From Leucoraja erinacea (lineage: Eukaryota): DNA of 64,000 nucleotides. Both the position numbers and the translations under genes were made by a program. The notes under the pieces are model-generated. The model saw only the letters and a list, made by a program, of their open reading frames with translations, was not told the origin of the DNA and searched no databases. Where the stretch lies: NCBI RefSeq assembly GCF_028641065.1, contig NC_073387.1, forward strand, positions 21,266,001 through 21,330,000. Direction: 5' to 3'. Below, in pieces: positions 24,340 through 36,057 of the stretch (position 1 is its first letter; each line of letters begins with the position of its first letter).

Positions 24340-24499
24340 GAGCTGCCCGCTATCCGACTTCGCCCACCCTTCTGACGACGAGATGGTGGCTGGGTAGTGG
24401 AAGGGGCCCTCCGGATCACCAGTTTCATTTCAGATTCTGATTGGTCAACGCAGGCAGACTGGTCTTCCGCCAATCAGAATTCCCTTCACTTCTTAAAGC
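24340..24499 (-). promoter_or_regulatory. Orphan copy of the Pcdh promoter module
   Basis: GAGCTGCCCGCTATC 24340-24354, aaggggccctccggatcaccagt, perfect 11-bp inverted repeat ATTCTGATTGG 24434-24444 / CCAATCAGAAT 24470-24480, TTCTTAAAGC 24490-24499. No intact exon downstream. Confidence 0.75.
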
Positions 24500-25034
24500 T
24501 GTAGTGCTTAAAGGTCGGACAAAACAACTATATTTAAAGCAACACAACATAAATGACACTGAAGCCTTACGTTCAATATTTGGGAACTTTCAGCCCAATA
24601 AAACCCTTATCAATAATAATCTGATATCGAATTTGCTGATTAATTTTTGTTGGCGATGCCGCATGCAAAACAAACCAAAGAGATAAAATAAAATAAAATT
24701 ACAGGGAGCAGCAAACACACTAAGTAAGTTCAATGATTTAACTCCAGATAAAATGAGGGTGCAATTGTCCACGGAGAGGTATAGTTTTCTATAATCTTGC
24801 AGATTTTCAATTAAGGAGGTCTGTATTACACAATTTTATGCCAGTTTCGTATGAAAAAAAAGCGATTTGAACAATCAAGGTGCAATTCATCACCTTTCAT
24901 TCAAAAAGATGTTCCGCCGTTTCGTTACATCCATGTGCCCTCGACCCAAAGTCATTGAACTAGTAAAGAAAAGGCAATAACCTTTACAAATCACAAATTT
25001 GATGCTGATCATATATACCAGTCTCACCCCGGTT

Positions 25035-25365
25035 ACTCCCTCTGCTCCCCTCTCCCATCAGGCAAGAATTAGAAAGCGCACACCGGTGATTCAGGAACAT
25101 TTCTTCCCAACTGTTATCAGGCAACTGAATGGTCCACTCACCAGCTAGAGTGCAGTCATGACCTCCCAGCTACCCCATTGGGTCTATGAACTATCTTTAA
25201 TCGGACTTTATCTTGCACTAAATGTTTCCCCTTTCATCCTTTATCTGTGCACTGTGGACGGCTTGATTTTAATCATGTATTATGTTTTCTTTAACAGGAT
25301 AGCACGCAACAAACGATATTCACTGGATCTTGGTACACGTGACGATAATAAATTAAACTAAACTC
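25035..25365 (+). mobile_element. Rex/Babar-like LINE 3' end
   Basis: ctcccatcaggcaaga...ttcttcccaactgttatcaggcaactgaa (LPSG..FFP.VIRQLN-type C-terminus) and tail ggtacacgtgacgataataaattaaactaaact. Confidence 0.6.
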
Positions 25366-26149
25366 CAATGATCTCTATTAGAATCTGTTTTATTGTGCTG
25401 TAAATTTGATAATTTATTACATTCTACATAAAATTACAAATATTTCAAATAATGTTGTGGTTGCACCTTTTTTACGAAAGTTAGAATGTTTTAATATATA
25501 ATCAAATAGCATTAGAAATATTTGGCATTATAATGAGCTTCCAAAACGCCAACCAAATGTAATGAAACTGAAAATCCAAAGTTTTCCGATGGTGATTTCC
25601 GGTTTTTCCAACGGCAGTACTGTTTGTAACGTTCTTCTATGCAATCTACAGAGAGGGAAACTGATTTGTTTTTAAACTGAGATTTATAAATGGTTTTAAC
25701 TACTGTAACGTTCGACGAAAGTCATTGCTTATTGTGCACATGAAGTTACTTTGTTTTGGTAATCCACCAAGCAATAATTGCTGATCAGCCTCCTCGCCAT
25801 CTTAGAGAAAAACGACGCATTCAATTTACGCAGGTAATCACCTTATCCATCACACGGACCCTAAACTAATTTGACTACTTTATATTTTAGTTTCTTTCTG
25901 ATGTTTGCTGTGAAACACTGGTATGGGTCACATTGTTTCAGTTACATTGCAACGTGTTAAAAATGTCCGTTCATTATTGGGATTTTTACTTTTTGATCAT
26001 CTCTGAAAGTTATCTGATGAATTTGGCTGATCGCCACCTTGCCAGCATCACTGATGATAGATGCCACATAAATCATTAAATGAAAGGCAGAGGTGAAACC
26101 AACGCGACAGAGAAGACACGTTAGCCCGGAGAGCCTTTGAGTTCTCCGT

Positions 26150-26980
26150 GGTGGATTCTTAGAGCAGCTTGTACTGGAGCCTACCAGGGAAAAGGCAATT
26201 CTCGATTTAGTGTTATGTAATGAACCGGATTTGATAAGGGAACTCGGGGTAAAGGAGCCATTAGGAGGTAATGATCATAATATGATCAGTTTCAATCTAA
26301 GGGTAAATCGGAGGTGTCAGTATTACAATTGAACAAAGGGGACTATGGAGTCATGAGGGGATGAGCTGGCCAAAGTTGGCTGGAAAGATACCCTAGCAGG
26401 GATGACGGTGGAGCAACAATAACAGGTTTTTCTGGGAACAATACAGAAGGTGCAGGATCAGTTCATCCCAAAGGGGAAGAAAGATTCCAAGGGGAGTAAG
26501 GGGCGGCCGTAGCTGACAAGGGAAGTCAGGGACAGTATACAAATAAAGAAGAATGTATAACATAGGAAAGATGAGCGGGAAGCCAGAGGATTGGGCAACT
26601 TTTTAAAAGATAACTAGAAGGGCAATACGTGGAATTAAGATGAGGTACGGAGGTAAGCTAGCTAAGAATATAAAGAAGGATATTAAAAGCTTCTTTAAGT
26701 ATGTGAAGAGGAAAAAAATAGTTAAGACCAAAGTTGGACCATTGAAGACTGAAAAGGGTGAATTTATTATGGGGAGCAAGGAAATGGCAGACGAGTTGAA
26801 TAGGCATTTTGGATCTGTCGTCTCTAAAGAGGACACAAACAATTTCGCTGATGTACTAGTGGCCAGGGGATTTAGGGTGACGGAGGAAGTGAAGGAAATT
26901 CACACTAGAAAGGAGATTATGTTGGGTAGACTGATGGGAATGAAGGAAGATAAATCCCCAGGGCCTGATGGTCTGCATTC
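26150..26980 (+). mobile_element. CR1 LINE internal fragment
   Basis: KSFFKYVKRKK..VGPLKTEKGE..MADELN..KSPGPDGLH. Confidence 0.9.
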
Positions 26981-27087
26981 GACGGCTGCAGAGGTTAGCA
27001 TCCAGCGGAACATTTGACTGATCAAACCCTCCCTATAATATCACCCAGATACGCATCACTCCGGTAGACACAAAATGCTGGAGTAAC

Positions 27088-27715
27088 ATAGAAACATAGA
27101 AAATAGGTGCAGGAGTAGGCCATTCGGCCTTTCGAGCCTCCACCGCCATTCAATATGCGCATGGCTGATCATCCAACTCAATATCCCGTACTTGCCTTCT
27201 CTCCATACCCCTTATTCCTTTAGCCACAAGGGCCACATCTAACTCCCTCTTAAATATAGCCAATGAACTGGCCTCAACTACCCTCTGTGGCAGAGAGTTC
27301 CAGAGATTCACCACTCTGTGTGAAAAAAGTTGTACTCACCTCCGTCCTAAAGGATTTCCCCCTTATCCTTAAACTGTGACCCCATGTCCTGGACTTCCCC
27401 AACATCGGGAACAATCTTCCTGCATCTAGCCTGTCCAACCCCTTAAGAATTTTGTAAGTTTCTATAAGATCCCCCCTCAATCTCCTAAATTGTAGCAAGT
27501 ACAAGCCGAGTCTATCCAGTCTTTCTTCATTAGGAAGTCCTGACATCCCAGGAATCAATCTGGTGAATCTTCTCTGCACTCCCTCTATGGCAATAGTCCT
27601 TCCTCAGATTTGGAGACCAAAACTGTACGCAATACTCCAGGTGTGGTCTCACTGAGACCCTGTACAACTGCAGTAGAACATCCCTGCTCCTTTACTCAAA
27701 TCCGTTTGCTATGAA
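27088..27715 (-). mobile_element. CR1 LINE 3' end nested inside a short Penelope-derived repeat
   Basis: [29 protein letters not shown] and (catagaaa)n tail. The host repeat is split: agacacaaaatgctggagtaac (27067-27087) | ttagcgggacaggc (27717-). Confidence 0.9.
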
Positions 27716-27969
27716 CTTAGCGGGACAGGCAACAACTCTGGAGAGAAGCCAGCTGGTGACGTTTCAGTTCGATACCCTTCCTGTAGGGTGAGTTATTCTA
27801 GAATTTTGTGTCTATCTTCAATTTAAACCAGCATTTGCAGTTCATTCCTACACATATCACTCCGCCACCCTTTGGTCTTTGGACTACATCCTTTTAGACT
27901 TTGGAGATGCAGCGCGGCAACGGGCCCTTCGGCTCATGGAGTCTGCGCCGACCAGCGATCACCCCGTAC

Positions 27970-28400
27970 AGTATAAAGAATGATAATAAAAGCTTATTTA
28001 TGTTTGTTAAGATAAAAATATTAGTAAAGACAAATAAGGGACCCTTGATGACAGAAACAGGTGAAATTATTATGGTGAACAGGGAAATGGCAGAAGAGTT
28101 GAACAGGTGCTTTGGTTCTGTCTTCACTAAAGAAGACACACACATTCTCACAGATGTACTAGAGGACAATGGATCTAGGGAGACAGACGAACTGATGTTG
28201 CATTAGGTGAGAAATAGAATTGGGTAGACTGAAGGGACGGAAAGCTGATGAATCCCCCGGGCCCGATGTTCTGTATACCAGGGTACTCAAGGAGGTGGCT
28301 CTAGAAATCGTGGACGTATTGGTGATCATTTTCCAATGTTCTATCGATTCAGGATCAGTTCCTGTGGATTGGAGGGTAGCTAATGTTATCCCGCTGAAAA
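27970..28400 (+). mobile_element. CR1 LINE internal fragment preceded by a SINE tail piece (27893-27968)
   Basis: KGPLMTETGEII..MAEELNRCFGSVFTKED; ESPGPDVLYTRVLKE..DWRVANVIP. Confidence 0.88.
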
Positions 28401-29530
28401 AACGATTCGACTGACATAACATCCATTTTGCTCAGACACCAAGAAACTACATATTTGATAACGCGTGCACCAAATGTCCCAATGAGGTCGGTTATTAAGC
28501 AAGAATCTGATCACCGTGTCTTTTGGAACCATCGATAATACCCAACAAAGTCTCGGTTATTTTGAAATAAATTGTTACCCAGTACTTTACCAACAAAATA
28601 TCACGGTTCCTTTGTACACCCTCGCGTGCATTTGAAAATGCATGACGAAATGTCCCAATATTCAACAATACTATGGCCCAGACCCTGCTTGCCACCATCC
28701 TTTTCCAACCTCATATATCGCGATCCCTTTCATATCCAAAGAAAATCTACTTACGTTTATTTTTTGGTACCGTCTATGCAACCCTCTTGGGCAGAGCGTT
28801 TCATAGATCTTCTACCCTCTGTGCGACGAGATCTCTATTCATTCCGCCCTGAATGGTTAAACTCTTATTTTATGGCAATCCAAATAAGATGTCCGTGAAT
28901 CTTGTACCTTTCAATGAAACCCGCCTATTATCCAAACTGTAGTGCACAGGGTAGTCAGTTATATTTCTCCCAGAGGACAACTCCCATTCCCAATTAAAGA
29001 AATAATTTCAGCAATATTTCGCCCTAGATAAGCCAACTCTCCGGTCACATGTTAATGGGGGAGAGATGTTTATCTATCTACTCAAATGCTCTTGCAATAT
29101 CGTTTGCTTTCCAAATAACTTGTGTTAGCTATATGTTGAATTCGGGAATTCATGCCTGGGTATGCTTTGATTCATTTGAACATGAACACTTTTCCACCTC
29201 TCAGCATTTGAAAATAATATATTTCCACGTTAAGTACAGCCCGGAGGGATGACCTCAGACGTTTCACTCTAAACTCAATATGTCATGGCTTCGCCAGTTC
29301 AGTTATCGCTTCTATATCCCATTAATGCCAATGAATTTGCATCAGAACTCTAACTGCACCCCGTCTTTCTTCATCTAGGTTCAACAATATCTTAAATATA
29401 TTGTTCTCATTAGCTAGTTTTCCGATTGTGATGTAATTCAGAATTGGTCACTTTCGCTAGTCATAGTTCCTCAACCTTCCACCATCCAATGTTTATTACG
29501 CTATTTATTTCTCCTCGTCTCGTCTCGTCT

Positions 29531-31393
29531 AGATATGTGAAAATAAAGAGATTGGTTAAAACAAATGTAGGTCCCTTGCAGTCAGAAACAGGTGAGTTGA
29601 TCATGGGGAACAAGGATATGGCGGACCAATTGAATAACGACTTTGGTTCCGTCTTCACTAAGGAAGACATAAATAATTTGCCGGAAATAGCAGGGGACCG
29701 CGGGTCAAAGGAGTTGGAGGAATTGAGTGAAATCCAGGTTAGCCGGGAAGTGGTGTTGGATAAATTGAATGGATTAAAGGCCGATAAATCCCCAGGGCCA
29801 GATAGGCTGCATCCCAGAGTACTTAAGGAAGTAGCTGCAGAAATAGTGGATGCATTAGTAATAATCTTTCAAAACTCTTTAGATTCTGGAGTAGTTCCTG
29901 AGGATTGGCGGGTCGCAAACGTAACCCCACTTTTTAAGAAGGGAGGGAGAGAGAAAACGGGGAATTACAGACCAGTTAGTCTAACATCGGTAGTGGGGTA
30001 ACTGCTAGAGTCAGTTATTAAAGATGGGATAGCAGCACATTTGGAAAGTGGTGAAATCATTGGACAAAGTCAGCATGGATTTACGAAATGTAAATCATGT
30101 CTGACGAATCTTATAGAATTTTTTGAGGATGTAACTGGTAGCGTGGATAGGGGAGAACCAGTGGATGTGGTGTATCTGGACTTCCAGAAGGCTTTCGACA
30201 AGGTCCCACATAAGAGATTAGTATACAAACTTAAAGCACACGGCATTGGGGGTTCAGTATTGATGTGGATAGAGAACTGGCTGGCAAACAGGAAGCAAAG
30301 AGTAGGAGTAAACGGGTCCTTTTCACAATGGCAGGCAGTGACTAGTGGGGTACCGCAAGGCTCAGTGCTGGGACCCCAGCTATTTACAATATATATTAAT
30401 GATCTGGATTAGGGAATTGAAGGCAATATCTCCAAGTTTGCGGATGACACTAAGCTGGGGAGGCAGTGTTAGCTGTGAGGAGGATGCTAGGAGACTGCAA
30501 GGTGACTTGGATAGGCTGGGTGAGTGGGCAAATGTTTGGCAGATGCAGTATAATGTGGATACATGTGAGGTTATCCATTTTGGTGGCAAAAACGGGAAAG
30601 CAGACTATTATCTAAATGGTGGCCGATTGGGAAAGGGGGAGATGCAGCGAGACCTGGGTGTTATGGCACACCAGTCATCGAAGGTAGGCATGCAGGTGCA
30701 GCAGGCAGTAAAGAAAGCGAATGGTATGTTAGCTTTCATTGCAAAAGGATTTGAGTATAGGAGCAGGGAGGTTCTACTGCAGTTGTACATGGTCTTGGTG
30801 AGACGACACTTGGAGTATTGCGTACAGTTTTGGTCTCCAAATCTGAGGAAGGACATTATTGCCATAGAGGGAGTGCAGAGAAGGTTCACCAGACTGATTC
30901 CTGGGATGTCAGGACTGTCTTATGAAGAAAGACTGGATAGACTCGGTTTGTACTTAGGCTTGGTTTATACTCTCTAGAATTTAGGAGATTGAGAGGGAAT
31001 CTTATAGAAACTTACAAAATTCTTAAGGGGTTGGACAGGCTAGATGCAGGAAGATTGTTCCCGATGTTGGGGAAGTCCAGGACAAGGGGTCGCAGCTTAA
31101 GGATAAGGGGGAAATCCTATAAAACCGAGATGAGAAGAACTTTTTTCACACAGAGTGGTGAATCTCTGGAACTCTCTGCCACAGAGGGTAGTTGAGGCCA
31201 GTTCATTGGCTATATTTAAGAGGGAGTTAGATGTGGCCCTTGTGGCTAAGTGGATCAGGGGGTATGGAGAGAAGGCAGGTACGGGATACTGAGTTGGATG
31301 ATCAGCCATGATCATATTGAATGGCGGTGCAGGCTCGAAGGGCCTAATGGCCTACTCCTGCACCTAATTTCTATGTGTCTATGTTTCTATGTC
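29531..31393 (+). mobile_element. Young 5'-truncated CR1 LINE (RT domain, 3' UTR, (tttctatg)n tail)
   Basis: [42 protein letters not shown] motif. Few disabling mutations. Confidence 0.96.
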
Positions 31394-31660
31394 TTACTTT
31401 TTCGTGGAGCCACGTTTCAGTATTACTGAACTATATCTCCATCCTCATTTCTTATCAGTTACCCCTTCTTGACTATGGGCATCGCTTGCATTTCTGTACC
31501 GATGGATTTCCTCTTTTTAATATTGGAATCATTTGCTAAATTTTAAACTATTATGCTTGCATTCAGTATCGGTTCACTTTCCTCAGCCGCAATCTAAACC
31601 GGCATTCAAAGTAGTGACAATACTTGCACATATTGGTTTAAAGCAAACTTACAAGTGTTA

Positions 31661-33054
31661 TTATTGTCTCACCTCATCATTTACAGTGCTGCTTTTGTTC
31701 GAGTACTTTGCATTCAATATGGATTTCTCTATTTCCATTGCTTCGCTATCCATATAATTCTCACCCGTTCTCAGTTTAGGAACCAAAACAGTCGCCTTCG
31801 ACGAATTTAATGTTGAACATGCCTCATAGCGGAAACGTTGGGAAAGTGGATCCCCTCCAAAGACATCGACGTAATTAGGAGCGATGTGAATATTTCGGCT
31901 GGCTTTTTGAATCCCATTCAGCGAACTCCTTGCTTCAAAGCAGCAACAAATCTCTATATAGCACCCGGTATCGGCAAAACGAAGCCTCTGCCTTTGAACT
32001 TTAAAAGCCAAGATAATTAAAACCATGAAGAATATCGACGATATTATCCCCAAAGAAATTACTAGGTAAAGACTGAAGTCAGAGCTTATGTCACGATTTT
32101 CAGAGTGATTACTTGTACCAGAGTTCAGCTCTGTCTCCCTCCCCACGACTGACAAGGCAATAGTCATCGTAACAGTTAAAGATGACGTTCCACTGTCTTT
32201 CACTAAAATCAGCAAACGTTGGCTATTAGCATCTTGCTTTTCTATCCTACGGGTGGTCCAGATATCGCCTGTGTAGGCTGAAATGGTAAAAAGGTCAGGA
32301 ACAGTCCCTTGTCTTATTTCATAAGAGAGATATACGTTTTGGCCGGAGTCTGCGTCAGTAGCTGATACCTTAGCGACCATATATCCAGGTTCAGCGAAGC
32401 GAGGCACAGTCTCTGTCACAGTTGATCCAAACACAGACACTGGGTGCACAATTACAGGGGCATTGTCGTTCTGATCAACCATAACAACATCCACGGAGAC
32501 TTTGGTACTGAGTTGTGGAACTCCAGAGTACCGGACTTGAATTTGGATCTGGAATTTTTTAAGTTCCTCGTAGTCAAAAGACCGCTGAGAATATATGATT
32601 CCATTTTCAGAGTTAATTTGAACGAAGGAGGTCGCCAGCTCGCCCTGAATGTATGTGTGAGCGATGGAATATGTTAGTAGCGCATTCTGATTTACATCGG
32701 TATCAACGGCGGTCACTTGAAAAAATGAAGTCCCAATGATATTATTCTCCATGATGTAAGCGTTATAGGAAGATTGTGTAAAGCGCGGAGAGTTGTCATT
32801 TACATCAGAAACCTCCACCAAGATAGTTTTGTTGAAAGATTGTGGAGGGCTCCCTGCGTCGCTGCAGGTGATAATCACGTCATATTTAAAGACGCTTTCG
32901 CGGTCCAGTAGTCGCCGAGTGACTAATCTATAATAGTTCTTCAAAGATGCTTCCAGTCTGAAGGGAAGATCACCTCCGATTTCACATTTTACCTGTCCAT
33001 TCTCTCCAGAATCTTTGTCAGCTGCGCTGATCAGGGCCACAACAGTCCCAGATG
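31661..33054 (-). pseudogene. 5'-truncated protocadherin variable exon C (EC4 to cytoplasmic only)
   Basis: Open frame from PSGTVVALISAADKDSGENG to ...VFGGDPLSQRFRYEAC...NDE. Donor GAG|GTGAGA at 31673/31672. No ATG, signal peptide, EC1-3 or promoter module; a LINE tail is fused at 33055. Confidence 0.9.
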
Positions 33055-34559
33055 GGTACACGTGACGTAAATTAAACTAGACTAAAGATTAACGCGACTC
33101 ATAGCGTGATGCTAATCCAGAGAAGCTAGGAACATGACTGATGTATTCCCATGGCTGATATTAAGCACGTCCGGTGTTTTCCGGAAGGTGCATTCCTTTA
33201 TCGGTTTGAAAAGTATGAAGAAGAGGAACATTTGAATTACCTTCCATTTGTCAGTGTGTGCCACTATCTTGAACGGTTGGAGTTCATATATGAAGGCGCA
33301 CATCCCGCAGAGACTACAACTAAATGAGTTATTCAGTGGGTTCCGAGGTCAATTCGTGACATGGACATCGGTACGATGGAGTAAGTACTGAGAATCATTT
33401 TCACTGAGTTGAAATGTGCAATACTAGAGGGCATAGCTTTCAGTATCTCTCCAATTTATCTCTCCAATTTATCTCTCCAATTTACCCATGTCTCCTAGCA
33501 CATCGGCGCGAGAATAACTCACATCTAAGAACACGGCAATCGGTTCCTTTTCACCATAATCACGAGCTCTCCAACCTTGTTCGTTTACTAATTGCGCAAA
33601 GATTCGGCTGAGAAAACAAAATGTTAACTGGTAACATCAGAGGGTAAACGTGAACTAGTCCTCATCTACCCGACGAGCGCACAATTAAATACGCACAATG
33701 GTCGGAAATGTTTCAGCTCATAACCTGTACAGAAATAAAATATTACAAAATTAATACTGACTGATAATTCGTTATAAATGTCATGCGTCGGTCCAAAACC
33801 TACTGACACAGAAGTGGAAATAAGTGTTCTAGTGAGGGCCTACGAAGGGCTGTCGATGAAACTGATAACGGCTTTTCTTTCTACATGTAATGCGAGAAAG
33901 GCTCCATCCTTTCCCACTTTAGCTTGCCATTTCGTTTCAGGAAGTATGCGATGCGCAACTGCAAACTTTCGAAATCTCAACGCATTTAATTCTCTCATTT
34001 GTGAGAAGAATTTTGAGAATGTGAGGAATGATAACTGCCAAGACCTTTAGCCCTGCAATATTGTTTTCGCCGATTGTAAATGATTGGGCCTTTTTATGCC
34101 GCCTCTCTGTTAGGAAATATATGCGATAATGAATTAGCAGATTTATTATATGTGTGGCAAACTTAGAGAATGGTTTATATATATAGCTTATATATTTTTT
34201 CTTGGTGAATTTCAGTTTTATTTATTTAATATATTTTGGAACACTGCACATTTTACAATGCAGTGTAGAAATGAACTGCAGATGGTGGTTTAGTCCTTTC
34301 TACACACTTGCCTGCTCCACTGCGAAATCTCCTCAAGGTGTACCAACTAAGAAGAGGTTCTTCTCCTCTCTTCGACGGGAGTCCTTTGAGACCTTCACGC
34401 ACTGTTCCCCCTCGAGGACCGGCTCTTGTCCCGCCGCCTCCCCATCCCCCCCTCACCTACTTTCAGGTCGAAACGTCACCAAATCCTTTTTCTCCTGAGA
34501 TTCTGCCTGACTCGCTGAGTTAATCTTCGTATTCATCTTTGGATAGCAATGTGTTTGAA

Positions 34560-34950
34560 ATAAAGAAATGTTGAGTCTGCTTGAATTGCTTTCCCGATAA
34601 CGTGGGAGACAGAGGATGAAATGATATTATTTTACAGGATGATGAGCGGCAGACAGTATTGATATTCAAATTATTTCATTCCTGGGAGAAAGCCTAATAC
34701 CAGGTGCCATACGTTTTAGATCAGTAAATAAAGTTTGGAGGAGATTTGTGAGGCTGATTTTTGCTATAAAGTGTGGTAGGTGGTTTACGCAAATAGGATA
34801 GCAACTTTTAAGAGGAATTTGGGAAAATACTGAAGGGGTAGGCTATAGAGGGATACACATCGTGTGCAGGCAGATGGCGTTAGTTTAGACTGGCATCGTG
34901 GTCGCCGCAGACAAGATGGGTTGAAGGATCTGTTCTTGAGCAATGCTCTT
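34560..34950 (+). mobile_element. Old CR1-type LINE 3' fragment
   Basis: Degenerate 3' end (gcaactttta agaggaatttgg...ggcagatggcgttagtttag...tgggttgaaggatctgtt). Confidence 0.55.
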
Positions 34951-36057
34951 CTATGTTGGGAAATGTATTGGCCGTGTACTTTTATACATATGTCTCCTAA
35001 AATTTCCACACATTTTAATTGGAGTAATGCAGCGTAATGTGGTCAACTTGTATGAGATCGCGTTGATTTGTGCAGATATAACACTCAATCTAAATATATG
35101 TATTGAATTCTCATAGTTACCATTATATTTGTCCCCCGAATCCAATTATTTGAAGTGCTCCTTCTTTCAATGCCGATCTTAAGACTTTCTGTTTTCTTTT
35201 AACATAATAACCTGCCAACAACCTTTGTCGTGGAAGTCTGTTCATTTTATTACATTGTCCCGTTTTTTCCACTCCCATGCAACAAGTTGATACTACTTAG
35301 TTTTCCCCAAATACACCTAATCAAACGTGTTCACATTGGCCATTCCTCTCAGAATAACACGTTTTATCACTTCCAGCTCTTTATAATACACATGAAAACC
35401 CTCATAGACACTGGAAGATAAAATAATAACAGAAAATGTTTGATGTAGTCATGGGGTGAGGCCGGCTGTGTGAGAATAACACAGAGCAAAAGTTTCTGGC
35501 CGAAGACCCCTTGTCAGAACCGGGAAAGCGGGAAGAGAAGCACGAGGTGTAGGAGGGATATATCTGATAGGGTAATAACAGAATGACCACGGGGATAAGT
35601 CGTAAACAAGACTAAATGATCAATGAGGGAGTGTGACCATTTACAGACTGAGAACATAGCCAAAATATTATGGACAAGAGATTGGTAGTTCAGGATTACA
35701 GAGCAGGGAAGCATGCTCGGCAAGCCAGGCTAAGTATGTCCTACCCTCCAAGAGGGAAAAATAGTTCAAAGAGGAATGCAGCCTGTTCTACTTTACTGGT
35801 TATTTGACTGATTACATACTCTCACCAAGGTTTCCTTACGTCCTGGGACTGCACTTTTTCGATTATTATCTCGAAAAGTAAGATAAAATCAGGACCAAAG
35901 AGTATGGAGTTAAAAGGTTCAGGTGTTCAATATTCACTCTTACTAGTCCTTAAATAGGTTTGCATGGAATATTTGCTGCAAACTTAATGAGCTGTCTGCG
36001 ACTGAATTAAAGTTGAAGTGTTTTGTTCAGAGCTACTTTCCTCATTGTGCTGGCCGA

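Noticed and set aside
33055-33061. GTG start of the 466-aa ORF C
   Set aside because: It lies in the fused LINE tail; it is not a credible initiation codon and there is no signal peptide.
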